From contig OX597825.1 in NCBI GenBank assembly GCA_951406725.2, positions 30,132,001-30,196,000 on the forward strand: DNA of 64,000 bases, in the 5' to 3' direction. The translations under genes were made by a program, and so were the position numbers. Shown piece after piece: positions 13,180 through 24,959 of the stretch. The notes beneath the pieces were generated by a model, which did not search any database, was not told the origin of the DNA, and saw only the letters and a list, made by a program, of their open reading frames with translations. This DNA is from Octopus vulgaris. Taxonomy: Eukaryota. Each line of letters begins with the position of its first letter. Position 1 is the stretch's first letter.

Positions 13180-13713
13180 TACTGAATTAAAATAAGCCAC
13201 AACCAAAACAAATTTCATTAAAAGACATCAATTTCTCTACATACTATGAGGAAATACAATCAGATGGGGGTTACTTCGGAAGATATGCCATTTTTGGATG
13301 GTAAATAAGTCTAAATAAGTTTGTCCTTAATTCGATAGGCTACATCACCCACTGCACTTCAATGCTTCCACTGACAGAGTGGCATTATCTCTCTATTTTA
13401 ATTTCTCATTTATAAGGTATGGTGACACTATGTTGTCAACAACATGTTACAATTTCACTAACTTCATTGATATATGACTAAACCAGGATTTCATTTCCTT
13501 TTTTACACTATTTGCTGTCAATTATATAGATAATTATAAACATGGTCTGTAAAGATAACTTATGTTGATACGATGTTTATGTGTACATTTTCATACATAT
13601 TTCTCGTGAATATCAACCATACAGATACGCACGCACACTTTTTCATGGCTTCACAATCAGGGCTGAAAATTTTTTTTGGTAATCCACAGAGAAAGCAACA
13701 GAGAGTATGAGCC

Positions 13714-13932
13714 TTTATTCTCTTTTACACTTTTACTTGTTTCAGTCATTTGACTGCGGCCATGCTGGAGCACCACCTTTAGTCGAGCAAGTCAACCTCA
13801 GGACTTATTCTTTGTAAGCCTAGTACTTATTCTATCGGTCTCTTTAGCTGAACCGCTAGGTTATGGGGATGTAAACACCCCAGCATCGGTTGTCAAGCAA
13901 TGTTGGGGTGACAAACATAGACACACAAACAT

Positions 13933-13988
<56 letters not shown>

Positions 13989-14602
13989 CAAAACAAATCA
14001 AAATAGGTGAATATCAATGGAATTTGTATCTTTGTGGTACCAGTGCCGGTGGCACACAAGAAAACCATCCGAAAGTACCGCATCGACTGGCCTCCGTGCT
14101 GTGGGCACGTAACAAACACCATCCGATCGTGGCCGTTCGCCAGCCTCATCTGGCACCTGTGTCGGTGGCACATAAAAACACCATCCGAGCGTGGCCGTTT
14201 GCCAGCCTCGTCTGGCACCTGTATCGGTGGCACATAAAATCACCCACTACACTTTCGGAGTGGTTGGCGTTAGGAAGGGCATCCAGCTGTAGAAACACTA
14301 CCAGATCTGATTGGCCTTGGTGCAGCCTTCGGGCTCCCCAGACCCCAGTTGAACCGTCCAACCCATGCTAGCATGGAAAGCGGACGTTAAATGATGATGA
14401 TGATGATGATGATATATATATATATATACATATATACTACGGGCTTCTTTCAGTTTCTGTCTACCAAATCCACTCACAAGGCTTTGGTCGGCCCGAGGCT
14501 ATAGTAGAAGACACTTGCCCAAGGTGTCACACAGTGGGACTGAACCCAGAACCATGTGGTTGGTAAACAAGCTACTTACCACACAGCCACTCCTGCGCCT
14601 AT
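13714..14602 (-). mobile_element. SINE family A split in its central (TA)n by another retroposon
   Basis: 3' half at 13714-13945 and 5' half at 14435-14602, in reverse orientation to the 9433 copy. Confidence 0.88.
13987..14413 (+). mobile_element. RTE-type retroposon 3' region with ~60-bp internal tandem repeats and (GAT)n tail
   Basis: Repeated unit gtggcacataaaaacaccatccgagcgtggccgtttgccagcctcgtctggcacctgt; homologous in reverse to 63482-64000. Confidence 0.8.
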
Positions 14603-15239
14603 GTGTTTTCTTCTTCCTTTATTCTTGAAGAAACACTAAAATCTCCTTCCCACCATCTATCCATCACTTCACCACTTTCAAAAACCTACAAATTCCCAAT
14701 GTTTCACTTTGAGCTTTTTGGGAAAGTGGAGAAGTTTCTTTAGAAATGATGTCATTTACCTGTTGTTTCCAGCATGCTGGATTTTCTGGTGGTAAACTGA
14801 TATTTCTTATGTCTGCTATTTCAGTACAATTCTATGCATGTGTGAAACATCAGGCAACAGTGAAACATTGGGAGTTTGTACCCAATTCTGCCCATAAGAA
14901 AGGAACAAATAATACAATGTGGCTGTAGGTCATAACACCTGGGCAATGCCAGGAAGCATTGCTAGTATATATATACTGTATATATATATATATATGCATA
15001 TATATATATATATATATAAGCATATATGCATATATGCCAGGATGTGTTGCTAGTATATATATATATGAACTTCATGTTAGTAAAACTATGTTTGTGACAT
15101 ATTTCAACTTCTAATGGTAAAGTCACTGCAGTTACTGAAGAGAAAAAATTCTTTCCTATGGTGAAAGGTGTCTCACTCTATCAGATTCTTAGATGCAGTT
15201 TTTCTGGTTCTTTGGGTAGAGAATATGGATGGTTGGATG

Positions 15240-16190
15240 GAATACATAGGTTAACTGTCTGAAATGTAGTAAAGTTTAATAGTGTGAAATGTTGTGATTA
15301 ACCAAAAATATAATAGAATAGATGGGCTAACAGTAGTGATTAAGGGTTAACAGTGAGAAAAAATAGAATAGGATAGATGGTTTAGCAGTAAGAAATGTAT
15401 TGATTTACAAAAATATAGGGTGGCCCAAAACTAAGTTTACAGGTATCACATAGGCACTCTAAATTTCTTACATTTAATCATTACCTTTAAAATTTTATTA
15501 CATTTAAATTTGTATCTTACAATTACTTAAATAAGCATAGAATAATGGTTTCATATTTTTTTTATAATTAAGATCTGAATATATGAATGTGAAAGAGATA
15601 GTTGAATAACTGTAAACCTACTTTTGGACCACCCTGTATAATAGAGTGAATTAACAGTATGAAATGTAGGTATTTATGTTAAACAAAGTGAAATATGGTG
15701 ATTAGCTAAAATAAAAGAGATGGACTAACAGTAAAAAAAATGTGGTGATGCAGAATTAACAGTGAGAAAAGGAATGATTAACAAGAATATAACTGAATAG
15801 ACCGAGTTAAGCGAGTAAGATTGTTGTGATTTGTCAAATTAAAATTGAATAGGAGTTAACTGTGTGAAATATAACAATTAACCAAAATATTATTGAAAAC
15901 ATGGGTAAACAGTTAGAAATGTAGTGATTTAGGGCTAGCAATGTAATAATGTAATAATTTCCCAAGCTATAATTGAGCTGGAGCAAACTGTGTGAATTAT
16001 CGCAATTAATCAAAATATAATAGAAAAGATAAAGCAACAATAAGAAATGAAGTGATTTAAGGTTAACAGAGAAATGTAATGATTAACAAAAATATAATTG
16101 AATGAACAGGGTTAGTGGTGTGAAATTACAATGATTTTCCCAAGCTGTAATTGAATAGATGGGGTTAACTTAAGTGAAATGGTTTCCATC
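15240..16190. repeat. Degenerate ~45-50-bp minisatellite
   Basis: Recurrent unit aaaatataatagaatagatgggttaacagtgagaaatgtagtgattaac. Confidence 0.7.
15416..15636. mobile_element. Tc1/mariner-type MITE
   Basis: TIRs tagggtggcccaaaactaagtttacag / ctgtaaacctacttttggaccaccctg flanked by TA. Confidence 0.8.
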
Positions 16191-17331
16191 AACATTGATA
16201 ATATAGACTCTTAGAGATTTTGGAAGATTTTTGATTATTTTCTCTCTCTTTTTTTTTCTAAGGCAAAGCAAATATCCAATAATGTGTGTGTGTGTATATG
16301 TTGAATGTGTGTCTAGGAAAAAAGAGAATATGTAAGTTAAAGAAAGAGAGAGAAAGAGATAGGAGGGAGCAGGAAAAAACAAAAAGTATGAAAGTATGAG
16401 TTTCTCATGGAATGAGAGAAAAAGAAAAGTTGAGAGTGAATGAAAAAAAGAGTGAATGGTTGAAGAAATGAGAGATCAAGTAAGAGAATGAGGAATAAGT
16501 GAGAAAATGAGGAGTAAACAAGAGAGGAAGAAGTGAGTGAAAGAGGAAGACAATGAATAAAAGACTGAGGGAGAAAGCAAGAAAGAGTTAAAGGAAAAGT
16601 GAGAGAAAGAGAGAGACAGAGACAGAGACAGAGTGAGAGAATGTCCAGGAATAATGAACATCTGTGTATGTGTGTGCTTGTTATATGTAATTGCATATGT
16701 GTGTGTGCTTGTTATATGTAATTGCATATGTGTGTGTGTTCTTTTTGGTTGCAGGAGGTTTATAATCCTGTGCCATTGTTGAAGCCAATAATATCCCAGA
16801 GGAACCAGAGAACGTTTTCTGCTTGTATAGTTCTTTGCCACTTGTCTTTGATAGACAAGCTATAAGCAACAGAAATGGTGTAAACATTCCTATAATCTCC
16901 TACAGGACTTCGTTTACATTTGAGTGCTGTTGTAACATCGATGGTGATACAATTAACTACACATACAGGTCTTCCTTGTGTAATTATTATCATTATCATT
17001 ATTATTGTTGTTGTTGTTGTTGTTGCTTTTCTGGTGCTGTTCCAGTTTCCTGGGGATGAGGTTAGGTAGGTAGGTAGGTAGGTAGGTGGATGGAGTATTG
17101 TGGGAGCGGACAGAGGTCAAATATATATATAGGGAGACAAATATAGTGTGAAAGAATTAACAAAGAGACAACAGAAGTAAGATAAACGAAGAGAAAACTA
17201 TGCGGATCACAATGCTGTATGTGTGGGAGTTCAAATGAATAGCCTTCTACCAGATCGCTCCTGTCAAACTGTCCGACCCATGCCAGCATGGATGGCAGAT
17301 GTAAAATGGTGATGATAATGACAACAATGTC

Positions 17332-17362
<31 letters not shown>

Positions 17363-17996
17363 ATGGTGTGTGGTTGTTGGAATGTGCGCACACTTCTTGG
17401 TGATAATTTCAACAAGAGGCCAGAAAGGAGTACTGCTCTAATTGGCATGTGAGCTTAAGAAATATTCCCTTGATATAGTTGCACTCTCCAAAACTCATCT
17501 CTTTGGTGAGGGTCAAGTATATGAACCTACTTATGGATATACTATCTTTTGGAGAGGCCTACCTAAGGGTCAGCATAGAGGATATGGTGTTGGGTTTGTT
17601 CTCAGGAATACATTAGTGTCCTTCATTGCAGAGGTTCCAAGTGGTATATCTGAACAGACCATGTCATGCCGTATTAAACTGATAAAAGATAGGTTTCTTA
17701 CCATTGTCAGTATTTATGCACCAACAATGTCCCATTCTGATGAAACTGTAGGACAGTTTTATGATGATTTAGCACAGTTATTGAGGAAAGTACCAGTTTC
17801 TGACAAGCTGGTTATACTGGGAGATTTCAATGCAAGAATTGGAAAGGACTATGTTTCATGGCCTGTTTTAGATCAACATGGGATTGGAAAATGCAATGAA
17901 AATGGAGTAGCTCTTTTGATGTTTTGTAATGAGAATAATCTGGTTGTTGTCACCAGCACTCTATTTAAGCAGAAAAATAAATATAAAACCACCTGA
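17363..17996 (+). mobile_element. RTE LINE apurinic endonuclease domain fragment (frameshifted)
   Basis: Motifs WNVRTL, RPERSTALI, DIVALSKT, GVGF, TIVSIYAPT, ILGDFNARIG. Confidence 0.92.
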
Positions 17997-18455
17997 AGAA
18001 AACAGTTTTTTTTCCATGATGTTATTGAATTATTCCTTACTATATAAAACAAACCTCTGTGTGTGTGGTTGCCTTTCATGCAAAAATGGCTGCACAAATT
18101 GCTTCCATACTTAGGATACCTGAAGAATTTGACCTCGGATACCTAATAGGGTCATCAGTTTATTTTTTATTATTAAAAATTAACAATATTGTTTTATATT
18201 TATGATTCACTTCTTTAAAAAGGTTTCTCAATGTCAACTTCTGGTAAGACATAAATACGGTGAAATCTCTCAGTCTTAATTTTAATGTTTTCATTTCAAG
18301 TTTTAATTTGCTATTTGCAAACAACTATGATAGATTACCGAAAGAAAAAGTTCACAAATTTAAATATTTGGTACAAGATAGTTTTTGACATGCTTTTATT
18401 TATAATATTTTCATTTCATATTTATCTCATTCATTGCTTGCAATGTTTTCTCTCC

Positions 18456-18560
<105 letters not shown>

Positions 18561-18589
18561 ACACACACACAAACACACACACAGACACA

Positions 18590-18640
<51 letters not shown>

Positions 18641-18851
18641 ACTCCAGGATTGATTGCATTATTACACAAATAGCACATTAAAATTTTGCAATTCAATATG
18701 GGACATCCAAAAAATATGAGTATTCTTTTGCTTGAACTTGCACACTTCGTTAATTTCCGTAGAAAGTTTTTATTTATTTACTTTTTATGCATCATTCAGT
18801 CACATATGCATATGTGTGATTTTTATTCTTCTATGAACGTATGTTTGTGTA

Positions 18852-18901
<50 letters not shown>

Positions 18902-19221
18902 GGAGTAAGTGAAGGGATGTTGTCATGTATATGTACATACTTAAATACATATACTTACATCTTTTTTGTATGTATGCGTACGTATGAGTGTGAGAGAGGG
19001 AGAGAGAGAGAGTGATGTCTAGTGGTATTCTCTCTCTCTCTCTCTCTCACCTGCACACATACATACAAAAAAAGATGTATGCTTACTTATTTATGTACAT
19101 ACACATGACAACACACCTCTTTACACGCTCTTTCTCTCTCTCTCTCTTTCTCTTGCTCTCTCTCACACACACACATGTCCAGTTCATCTGATATTTGATA
19201 CTGTATGTATATGTATATGTA

Positions 19222-19264
<43 letters not shown>

Positions 19265-19289
19265 ATGAATGCATCCTTCCACAATCGCC

Positions 19290-21339
19290 CGAAAAAAACA
19301 GGAATTTTCGTTTTTGATGCTCCTTGTAGCACAGGTAAAACATTTGTGACAACATTGCTTCTCTCCAAGGTAAGGCAACAAAAAAGAATTGTAGTTACTG
19401 TAGCACTATCTTGCTTTGCTGCAACCATTCTCCGAGGGGGGACAGACAACTCATTCTGCTTTTAAATTACTGCTAAACCTGGTCACAAATGACAGTCCAA
19501 TTTGTAACATAAGCAAAGATTCAGGTTCAGCTGAAGTGTTGTGCCAATACCACTTTATCATTTGGGATGAATGCACCATGTCACATAGAGGTGCTACGGA
19601 AGCTCTTGATAAGACCTTAAAGGACATCAGAGGCAACAATAAATTTATGGGAGGAGTTACATTAGTTTTATCAGGAGACTTCAGACAGACATTACCGGTC
19701 ATTCCGAGAGGAACAAGACCTGATGAAATAAAAGCATGCATTGAGTCTTCACACTGATTAAATAAAGTGCAGAAATTCTCCTTCGATACTAACATGTAAG
19801 CTTTATTACATGGGAACCAATGTGCAGAACAGTTTTCAACCTGTCTCTTCCAATTAGGAAATGGGAAAGTACCATTTGATGGGAATGGAAATATCAATTT
19901 GGCTCATATTGCAATCATGGTGACTTCCCCAGCTGAATTGAAGAAGAAAGTGTTTCCAGACTTTAGTAATAATTATAATTCACATAAATTGTTGTATGGA
20001 AGGGCAATTCTTGCTCCAAAAATGAGACAGTAGCAAGAATTAACCATGAATTAACAGATAAGATTCCAACAGTCATTGAGGAGTACAAATCAGTTGATTC
20101 CGTCCTTGAATCAACTGTCCATTACCTAACAGAATTCTCTTGGGCCACCTGTAACTCCTTCACATAATCTTTTTCTGAAGGTAGGAGTCCCAATGAAGCT
20201 TCTGAAAAATTTAGATCCTCCGAAATTATGCAATGGGACAAAGTTGATTGTGAAGACATTATCAACTAATGTGATAGAGGCTACCATCATCACTGGATGT
20301 ATCTCTGGGGAAGAGGTTTTCATTCCAAGAATTCCAATCAAACCAACAGACATGCCATTTGAGGTACAATTCCCAGTGCAACTTTGCTTTGCAATGTCTA
20401 TTAATAAATCTCAAGATCAGTCTTTGAAATCTACAGGCTTGCTTTTCTCATGGTCAACTTTATGTTGGTTGCTCCATAGTTGATAGTTTGCAAGACTTGT
20501 TTATCTATGCTCCAAACCAGAAAACAAAGAATGTTGTTTACCCAGAAGCTCTTACATAATTTCCTTTAACATATGTGGTAGAATTTATCTCCTTTCATAA
20601 AAGTACTAAATTTCATACTTTCATTTATTATTATTATTATTTTTCAGTAGTTTTGTTTTTATAGCGTGCTTTCACTTCACTACCGAGCGCAGCTCTGTGT
20701 GCCTTGGGTATGTGCTGTGATTTGTTGTGATGCTCTGATGGTTATTGTATGGAAAGTGTTCTGCGTAGGATGTGTGCAGTGCCTAGTAGTGCAATTTTCT
20801 GTATGTTATATGTGTTTGTAAGTCCTGGTGTTTTTGTTATGTATTTGTCTGAATATTATTTTATCATGCCTAATGCACCTACTATGATAGGAATTGTTTC
20901 TGTTTTCAGATTCCACATTCTAGTTACCTCTATTTCCAGGCCTTTGTATTTTGAGAGTTTCTCCAATTCTTTTAGAGACACGTTGTCATCTGCCGGTATT
21001 GATACATCAATTAGAAAGCATTTTTTTTCTTCATGATCTCTGACAACTATATCTGGTCTGTTGGCCTTAATTTCTCTATCTGTGTGTATCGGCATATCCC
21101 AGAGTATGGTTACTTTCTCGTTTTCTGTGACCTTTTATTATTATCGTTATTATCATTATTATTATCATTATTATCATTATGAAATCAGAATTGATTTCCC
21201 AATTAAAAAATAAATTGTAACCCGATTGAAGAATGAATTGACTTTAGAATAACAAAATTCTATACAACATATTTTGCTTTTTTTTTCCAATATATAAGGA
21301 ACAATTTCATTCTTGGGTAACACCAGGTGCCTCTGCTAG
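19290..21339 (+). mobile_element. Helitron relic: Pif1-like helicase pseudogene (19290-20559) and 3' terminus
   Basis: DAPCSTGKTF, IIWDECTM, GDFRQTLPVIPRG, NLDPPKLCNGTKL, QFPVQLCFAMSINKSQ, with stops and frameshifts; hairpin cttgggtaacaccagg and CTAG|T at 21336-21340. Confidence 0.92.
20640..21135 (-). mobile_element. R4/Dong-like non-LTR retrotransposon 3' end (restriction-like endonuclease), nested in the Helitron
   Basis: ILWDMPIHTDREIKANRPDIVVRD...LIDVSIP...EKLSKY...IIVGALG; flanked by (ATT)n. Confidence 0.88.
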
Positions 21340-21369
21340 TTTCTCAATAAAAGAACAGCTGAAATAGTT

Positions 21370-21970
21370 ATTGTGAACCTTAACCCACTTACGTTTTGTT
21401 TATGTAAACACCATACCTGGAGCCAATTTCTAACCTAGATTCAAGTCTCTTTCACTGGAATTTCAGCATCAACAACAGGGTATTTTTGCTTGTAAGTATG
21501 TATGTATGTATGTATGTATGTATGTATGTATGTATGTATGTTTGTATGTTTGCAGATTTGTTTGTTTTGTTTTATGTATGTATTGTCATGCATATAGTTG
21601 CATATCTAGATATGCTCATATATAAGTAAATGGTAAACTTCTGGCAAGTTTTACAGATTTTTACAGTTCCACTGATGGATTGCATTTGTAGTCTTCGAAT
21701 TAACTTTCTCCTTTCTGGTTTTGAGAAACCTAATTTCTCAAGATTGGTATATGGGCAGTGTGTTGCATATCCCAGAGCCCCAATAATTACAGGTATAAAC
21801 CAGAAGTTGTAATCTGGATAGAGTAACTGTAGATTTCTCAATAGTTCAGCATAGGTATCCTCTTTTTCACTGATCTTCAATTTTATGTTAATATCTGCTA
21901 GGCAGCTGATTTCCACAACCGTACACATTTTCTCTTCTCAATCCCAAATCATTATATCAGGTTTGTTGTG
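21370..21970 (-). mobile_element. Second RLE-type non-LTR retrotransposon 3' fragment
   Basis: KPDIMIWD...VVEISC...KISEKEDTY...IPVIIGALG (ORF 21572-21928). Confidence 0.8.
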
Positions 21971-22272
21971 ATTGTATGTATATATATGTACACAAACTCA
22001 TAGAATAGAAGAATGGGCTACCATCTTCACTTCCAGAGATGATGGACCAATTTCTTGGTGGATATTTGGGCAGACTTCAAATGAGAAGCAATTGTTTTCC
22101 AAAAAGTAAACATCTGATTGCACGTGCACACACACACATACACACATGCACACACACACACACACACACACAAAGGCATACATTCATATATAAATATATA
22201 TTTATAGATAGATAGAAACATCTACATGCTTATATGCACCCATCAAAATACATATATGCCATATAAGTATGT

Positions 22273-22304
<32 letters not shown>

Positions 22305-22754
22305 GCATGAATATATGTGAATGTATACATATGTATATGCACACACACACACGCACACACACACACACACATTCACACACACACAGAGTGAGAAAGAAGG
22401 GGAGTGCATGATAGATAGCAAATCATGAAGTAATAATCAAGATGATATATATTTAAATAAAATCAGGGAAAATAGATAAATATCTCAATATAAATGGCAT
22501 GTCAAACTGATGAATGGAGACCCTCTCCCCTCAATATACAAACTCATACATACACTACTTGATTGATGGTTATTGAATCAAAACAATTAATGCATTTTCT
22601 AATATAAAAAAAAATACACCAGTAATGAGAAGACGGTAAAGGAGGTGGAGGAGGAGGAGGGGTTGGAGGAGGAGGTGGTGGAGGACAATAACAACAACAG
22701 CAGCAACAAGGACAACGGCAACAATGAAGTCTCATCTATTATGTAAAATATTAC

Positions 22755-22820
22755 CTGTCTTATTGGTCAGCCTCCCCAAACTTATTAACTTGTTGCTGTG
22801 TTTCATATCAAACCAACAAA
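22755..22820 (-). CDS. Candidate internal exon (phase 1-1), CWFDMKHSNKLISLGRLTNKT
   Basis: Acceptor ttattctccatag, donor CAG|gtaata, 66 nt open, in non-repetitive sequence. Confidence 0.3.
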
Positions 22821-22913
22821 CTATGGAGAATAATTTTGAGAAATGTTTTTAATGTAGGTTAGATTTTAATTTATTAAATTTGGTGTTTTTATTTTTTTCT
22901 TTCATATGGATGT

Positions 22914-22949
<36 letters not shown>

Positions 22950-23006
22950 TTGTGTGTAGAGGCAGACTTGTTTTCGGTATTTTTAACAATAATATCTGGG
23001 CAGTTT

Positions 23007-23400
23007 AAGGTGGCAAGCTGGCAGAAACATTAGCACACTGGGCAAAATGCTTAGCAGTATTTCGTCTGTTTTTATGTTGTGAGTTCAAATTCTGCTGAGG
23101 TCGACTTTGCCTTTTATCCTTTTGGGGTCGATAAATTAAGTACCAGTTGCACACTGGGGTCGATATAATCAACTTAATACCTAGGTCTGTCCTTGTTTGC
23201 CCCCTCTATGTTTAGCCCCTCGTGGGTAATAAAGAAATAGGTATTTTGTCTGTCTTTACGTTGTGAGTTCAAATTCCGCCAAGGTCGACTTTGCCTTTCA
23301 TCCTTTCAGAGTCGTTAAATTAAGTACCAGTTGCGTACTGGGGTTGATCTAATAAACTGACCCCCTCCCCAAAAATTTTGGGCCTTGTGCCTAGAGTAGA
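23007..23400 (+). mobile_element. SINE family B (dimeric)
   Basis: Head ggtggcaagctggcagaaacattagcac; the block gagttcaaattc...ggtcgactttgcctttcatcctt...taagtaccagttg occurs twice. Reverse fragments at 23540-23715, 24066-24243 and 29330-29538. Confidence 0.85.
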
Positions 23401-23726
23401 ACAGAATTGTTAGCACACCAGGCAAATGCTTAGTGGCATTGCAGCCAAGTTTAGATTCTGAGTTCAAATGCTGCTGAGATTGAATTTGCCTTTCCTCCTC
23501 CGAGGGCTGATGAAGTGAAAAAAGACCAGTAATTTCCAGGGAGTGGGTAAGTCGATAACATTGACCCCAGTTCTCAACTAGTACTTATTTTATTGACACC
23601 AAAAGATGGAAGGCAGAGTAAAACCTGGCATAATTTGAACTCAGAATGCAAAGGTAGATGGAATGTCACTAAGCATTCCACCCAGTGTGGTAACAGTTCT
23701 GCCAGTTCACTGCTTTTATAAATAAC

Positions 23727-24064
23727 TCTCTTTTACTCTCTTTTACTTATTCTATCAGTTGCTTTTGCTGAACCTCTAAGTTACGGGGACGTAAACACAC
23801 CAGCATCAGTTGTCAAGCGATGTTGGGGAGACAAATACAGACACATAAACACACACACACACACACGCGCACACACACACACACACACATACACATATAT
23901 ATATATGTATACATATATACGATGAGCTTCTTTCAGTTTCCGTCTACCAAATCCACTTACAAGGCTTTGGTCGGCCTGAAGACACTTGCCTGAGGTGCCA
24001 CGCAGTGGGACTGAACCCAGAACCATGTGGTTCGTAAGCAAGCTACTTACCACACAGCCACTCC
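23727..24064 (-). mobile_element. SINE family A copy with internal deletions
   Basis: Reverse complement of the 9433 family. Confidence 0.85.
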
Positions 24065-24959
24065 ATTCTTTTTACTACTCTTGGCACAAGGCCTGGAATG
24101 CAACTGGTACTTAATTTATCGACCCTGAAAGGATGGAAAGCAAAGTTGACCTCGGCGGAATTTGAACTCAGAACATAAAGGCAGAAGAAATACTGCTAGA
24201 CATTTTACCCATCGTGCTAACATTTCTACCAGCTCACCACCTTATAATAATAATAAATATTAGTTGCTTTACTTTGTCAAACACTCTAAATCTCTCATAT
24301 GGAATGAATCTTTAATGAGAAACATGCTAAGATGGGAAAATTTAACTAGAACCATGATTTCATAAGGCTTTATTTCCATATTATCAAACTGTGCATCATT
24401 TCTACGCTGTGTGTATGGTTTTTCCTACATATTTTATGCAATGAAGACTTTATAAGATGAAAATGTACAGATAGGAAGTTGATACAATCATTAAAATCTT
24501 GAAAAGAAATCCTCTTGGTATTTGTTTTCATTCTCTGCTGAGTTCAAATCTTACCAAACTCAACTTTTAAGATCAATAAAGCAGTACCAATCAAAGGTAG
24601 TGGATTGGTAGAACTGTAAGACTGTTAGATTGGACATGGGATGCCTTCCAAGAATTTTTGCAGCTGTTGGTATTCTGAGCCCAAATCCTGTGTCTATTTG
24701 GATGGTAGACTTAATCTATCATCTAATTTAAAACCATCCTTATGTGTTTTTATCAAGAAGGAAAGCAGTGTCTGTGACCCTTTACAAGGCATCCAGAAAT
24801 GGTGGATCAAGGGATTATATTCGCAAACAATATAACTGACTTGAATATTTGCTTTTTAATACTGTCTCTGAGTGGTTAAGTAAAGAAACAACAGTTCTCA
24901 GAACAGAAGACAAATCGAAATGAAATGCTGTAAGCCAGACTTATTATTTGTCTTTCAGA

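Larger units (their letters stand above)
11703..14965 (+). mobile_element. Large non-autonomous Helitron-like element containing nested insertions
   Basis: 5' end A|TCTCTCTATATATAAG; 3' hairpin cctgggcaatgccagg then CTAG|T; degenerate internal inverted repeat (11941-12180 vs 14635-14873) links the two ends. Confidence 0.55.

Noticed and set aside
14040-14240. Regularly spaced repeats superficially like a CRISPR array
   Set aside because: The intervening sequences are similar to each other (a tandem repeat inside a retroposon), the context is eukaryotic and there are no cas genes.
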